A DNA stretch of 64,000 nt, from NCBI RefSeq assembly GCF_009914755.1, contig NC_060929.1; one strand, given 5' to 3'. Positions 61,925 to 64,000 of the stretch are shown here, one piece after another. The stretch's first letter is position 1; each line of letters opens with the position of its first letter. A program made the position numbers and the translations under genes. The DNA comes from the human T2T-CHM13v2.0 reference genome, Homo sapiens. The notes beneath the pieces are model-generated. The model saw nothing but the letters and a program-made list of their open reading frames with translations, searched no databases and was not told the DNA's origin.

Positions 61925-63365
61925 TTGCTATTTTGGGATAATTTCAAACTTCCAGAAAAGTTGCAATAACAGAACAAAGAACTCCTGTATACCTATACCC
62001 AGGTTCAAATAATTTTTTTTTTTTTGAGACAAGATTTATCGCCCAGGCTGGACTGCATTGGTGTGATCTTGGCTCAATGCAACCTCCGCCTCCTAGACTC
62101 AAATCATCCTCCCACCTCAACCTCCTAATTTTGTAGAGATGGGGTTTTACCATGTTGCCCGGGCTGGTCCTGAACTCATGAGCTCAAGCCATCTGCCCAC
62201 CTCAGCCTCTCAAAGTGTTGGGACTACAGGCGTGAGCCACTGCAGCTGGCCTACAGGTTTACCGATTTTCAACATTTTGTCACATTTGTTCTCTTCCTCT
62301 CTTTGAACATTTTTTTCCTAAACCATTGCAGAAAAGGTTGCATACAATATGCTCCTTTACTTCCTTAATACTTCAGTGTGTATTTTCTAAGAAAAATATT
62401 TTCATACATAATCCCAGCACAGTTATATTCAGGAAATTTAACATTGTATTCCAATATAATAATTCCAAATAACACTGCGATTCTGTCATTGCCCCAATAA
62501 TGTTCTGTATAACATTTCCCAAGGGTATGATCCAGTCCAGGACCATTTTTGCATTTAGCCATAACATTCCTTTGGTCTCCTTAGACGGAAAACAGTTGCT
62601 CAGTCTTTCTTTGGTTTTCGTGACAATAACATTCTTCAGTTATCGGACCGAGTGGCCCTGGCGGTGGGTCCTCTGATGTGTGCTCATGAGCAGTGCGGTG
62701 TGTGGTCTTTGGCAACACCCCACCTGTGAAGCTGTGAACTTACCAGGGCTCCACAGACACCCAGGAGGCCCTTCTGCTCTTGATGATGGCAGTAACCACA
62801 CAGTGAAGGTGGGATCCGGTGTCTCCATTGTGCAGTTGCTATTTTTGCTTTTATAATGAGTAGTTTGTGGGGAGATGCTTTGGGATGATGTAAATCCTGT
62901 TACTCATCAGAGAGTCCCTACACTTGAAATAGCACTCACGGATGATTCTGGCCTGAATCAATCTGCTAATTCTGTCCTTTCTTCTAGATGTACAGTTGGC
63001 ACTCTACCGTAAGGAACAGCTTTCCCCTCACCTGCTCTGCCTCTCTCTGTCTCCTTATCTACCGATCTGCTATAAGGACAAACACCTATATTCTTATTTC
63101 ATTTGATGGGTTATAATCCATTACTGTCCTTGTGTATTCGAATGCTCGAATTCTCCTAATTTGGCCACTGGGAGGCTCTTGCCGCTGGCTTCTCTGTCCT
63201 TTGGACATGCTGTTATCAAATACTGTGAGCACTCCTTACATTCAGGCTTAACAAAATGTTCCTGGCTTTTGTATCTTCCCTTCCACAGTCCTGATTCAGC
63301 CTTTTTCTCAAAGATTCCTGGTTCCTCTTAGTGAGAAGTGATATTTAGAAAACAAGATCTAAGCA
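61925..63365 (-). mobile_element. Old L1M (MC-type) 3' region in the intron, interrupted by an internally deleted AluJ (62012-62251)
   Basis: ATAATTTCAAACTTCCAGAAAAGTTGCAA...GAACTCCTGTATACC is the reverse complement of an L1MC 3' end. GGTTCCTCTTAGTGAGAAGTGATATTTAGAAAACAAGATCT also matches. Confidence 0.7.
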
Positions 63366-64000
63366 AAAATTATTCCTCTAAAAAGTAACCAAGATGAAAT
63401 TGATAGGGCTTCTATGATGGTTTTATTCCTGGCCTATATCTTATAACCAAGTGCTTAGAAAAACTTCTACATGACCTACAGCTGGAATGAACTAAATTCT
63501 AATTCTTCATTAGAATCAATGCGAAGATAACACAGAATAAATTCTATTAAGGATGGAGGAATTTCTATTCTTTTAACAGCCAGTATAGATTAAAAAAAAA
63601 AAGTTTTGTTCCTTGAGGGAAAAATTAAATAAGCAAAGAATGAAACAATATGTGTTTTTCCAAAATATCAGAGATTTCTTATGGTAATTTTGTTCATAAA
63701 AAGGATAATTATAAACTTATTCATGATGCTATTATTCTTTTCTCTTTTATAGTTTCTTTTATTTCCAAATGATTGTCATATGCTAAGTCAAGATAAACCT
63801 AAAAATGAAAGGAGCTATTTCCATCATAAGAAATTAACTGACTAAATTACACATAAATATGCAATGAATCTGGTGCTTGATATCATACGCAAAGAGAAGC
63901 CGTGATGTGTCATGTCTGCGTAATGGAATTCAAAATTATTCATACAATTATAGGTTTCAAAGTGGCATGAACTCATCCTATTCTAATTACATCTACAAAA

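Overview
Repeat-dense primate (human-like) genomic DNA. It is not prokaryotic, and almost all ORF-track entries are Alu/L1/LTR artefacts. The one protein-coding feature is the terminal exon of ATPSCKMT (FAM173B, ATP synthase c-subunit lysine methyltransferase) on the minus strand at 60763-60969, with part of its last intron to the right and its 3' UTR to the left. The remaining ~58 kb downstream of the gene is a mosaic: a full-length dead L1PA7-type LINE, older L1/L2/MIR pieces, about 28 Alu/FLAM copies, an LTR12F nested in a MER39-type LTR, an old MLT1 provirus carrying nested LTRs, and a complete THE1 provirus. I see no convincing new multi-gene system. The most interesting signals are: (1) the first canonical poly(A) hexamer downstream of the ATPSCKMT stop lies inside the sense-oriented THE1 LTR; (2) a one-ended THE1D insertion flanked by a ~200-bp duplication instead of a 5-bp TSD; (3) a 95-bp local inverted duplication with an independent Alu insertion at each arm. 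Subfamily names were assigned by eye from remembered consensus sequences, and boundaries of old repeats are approximate.
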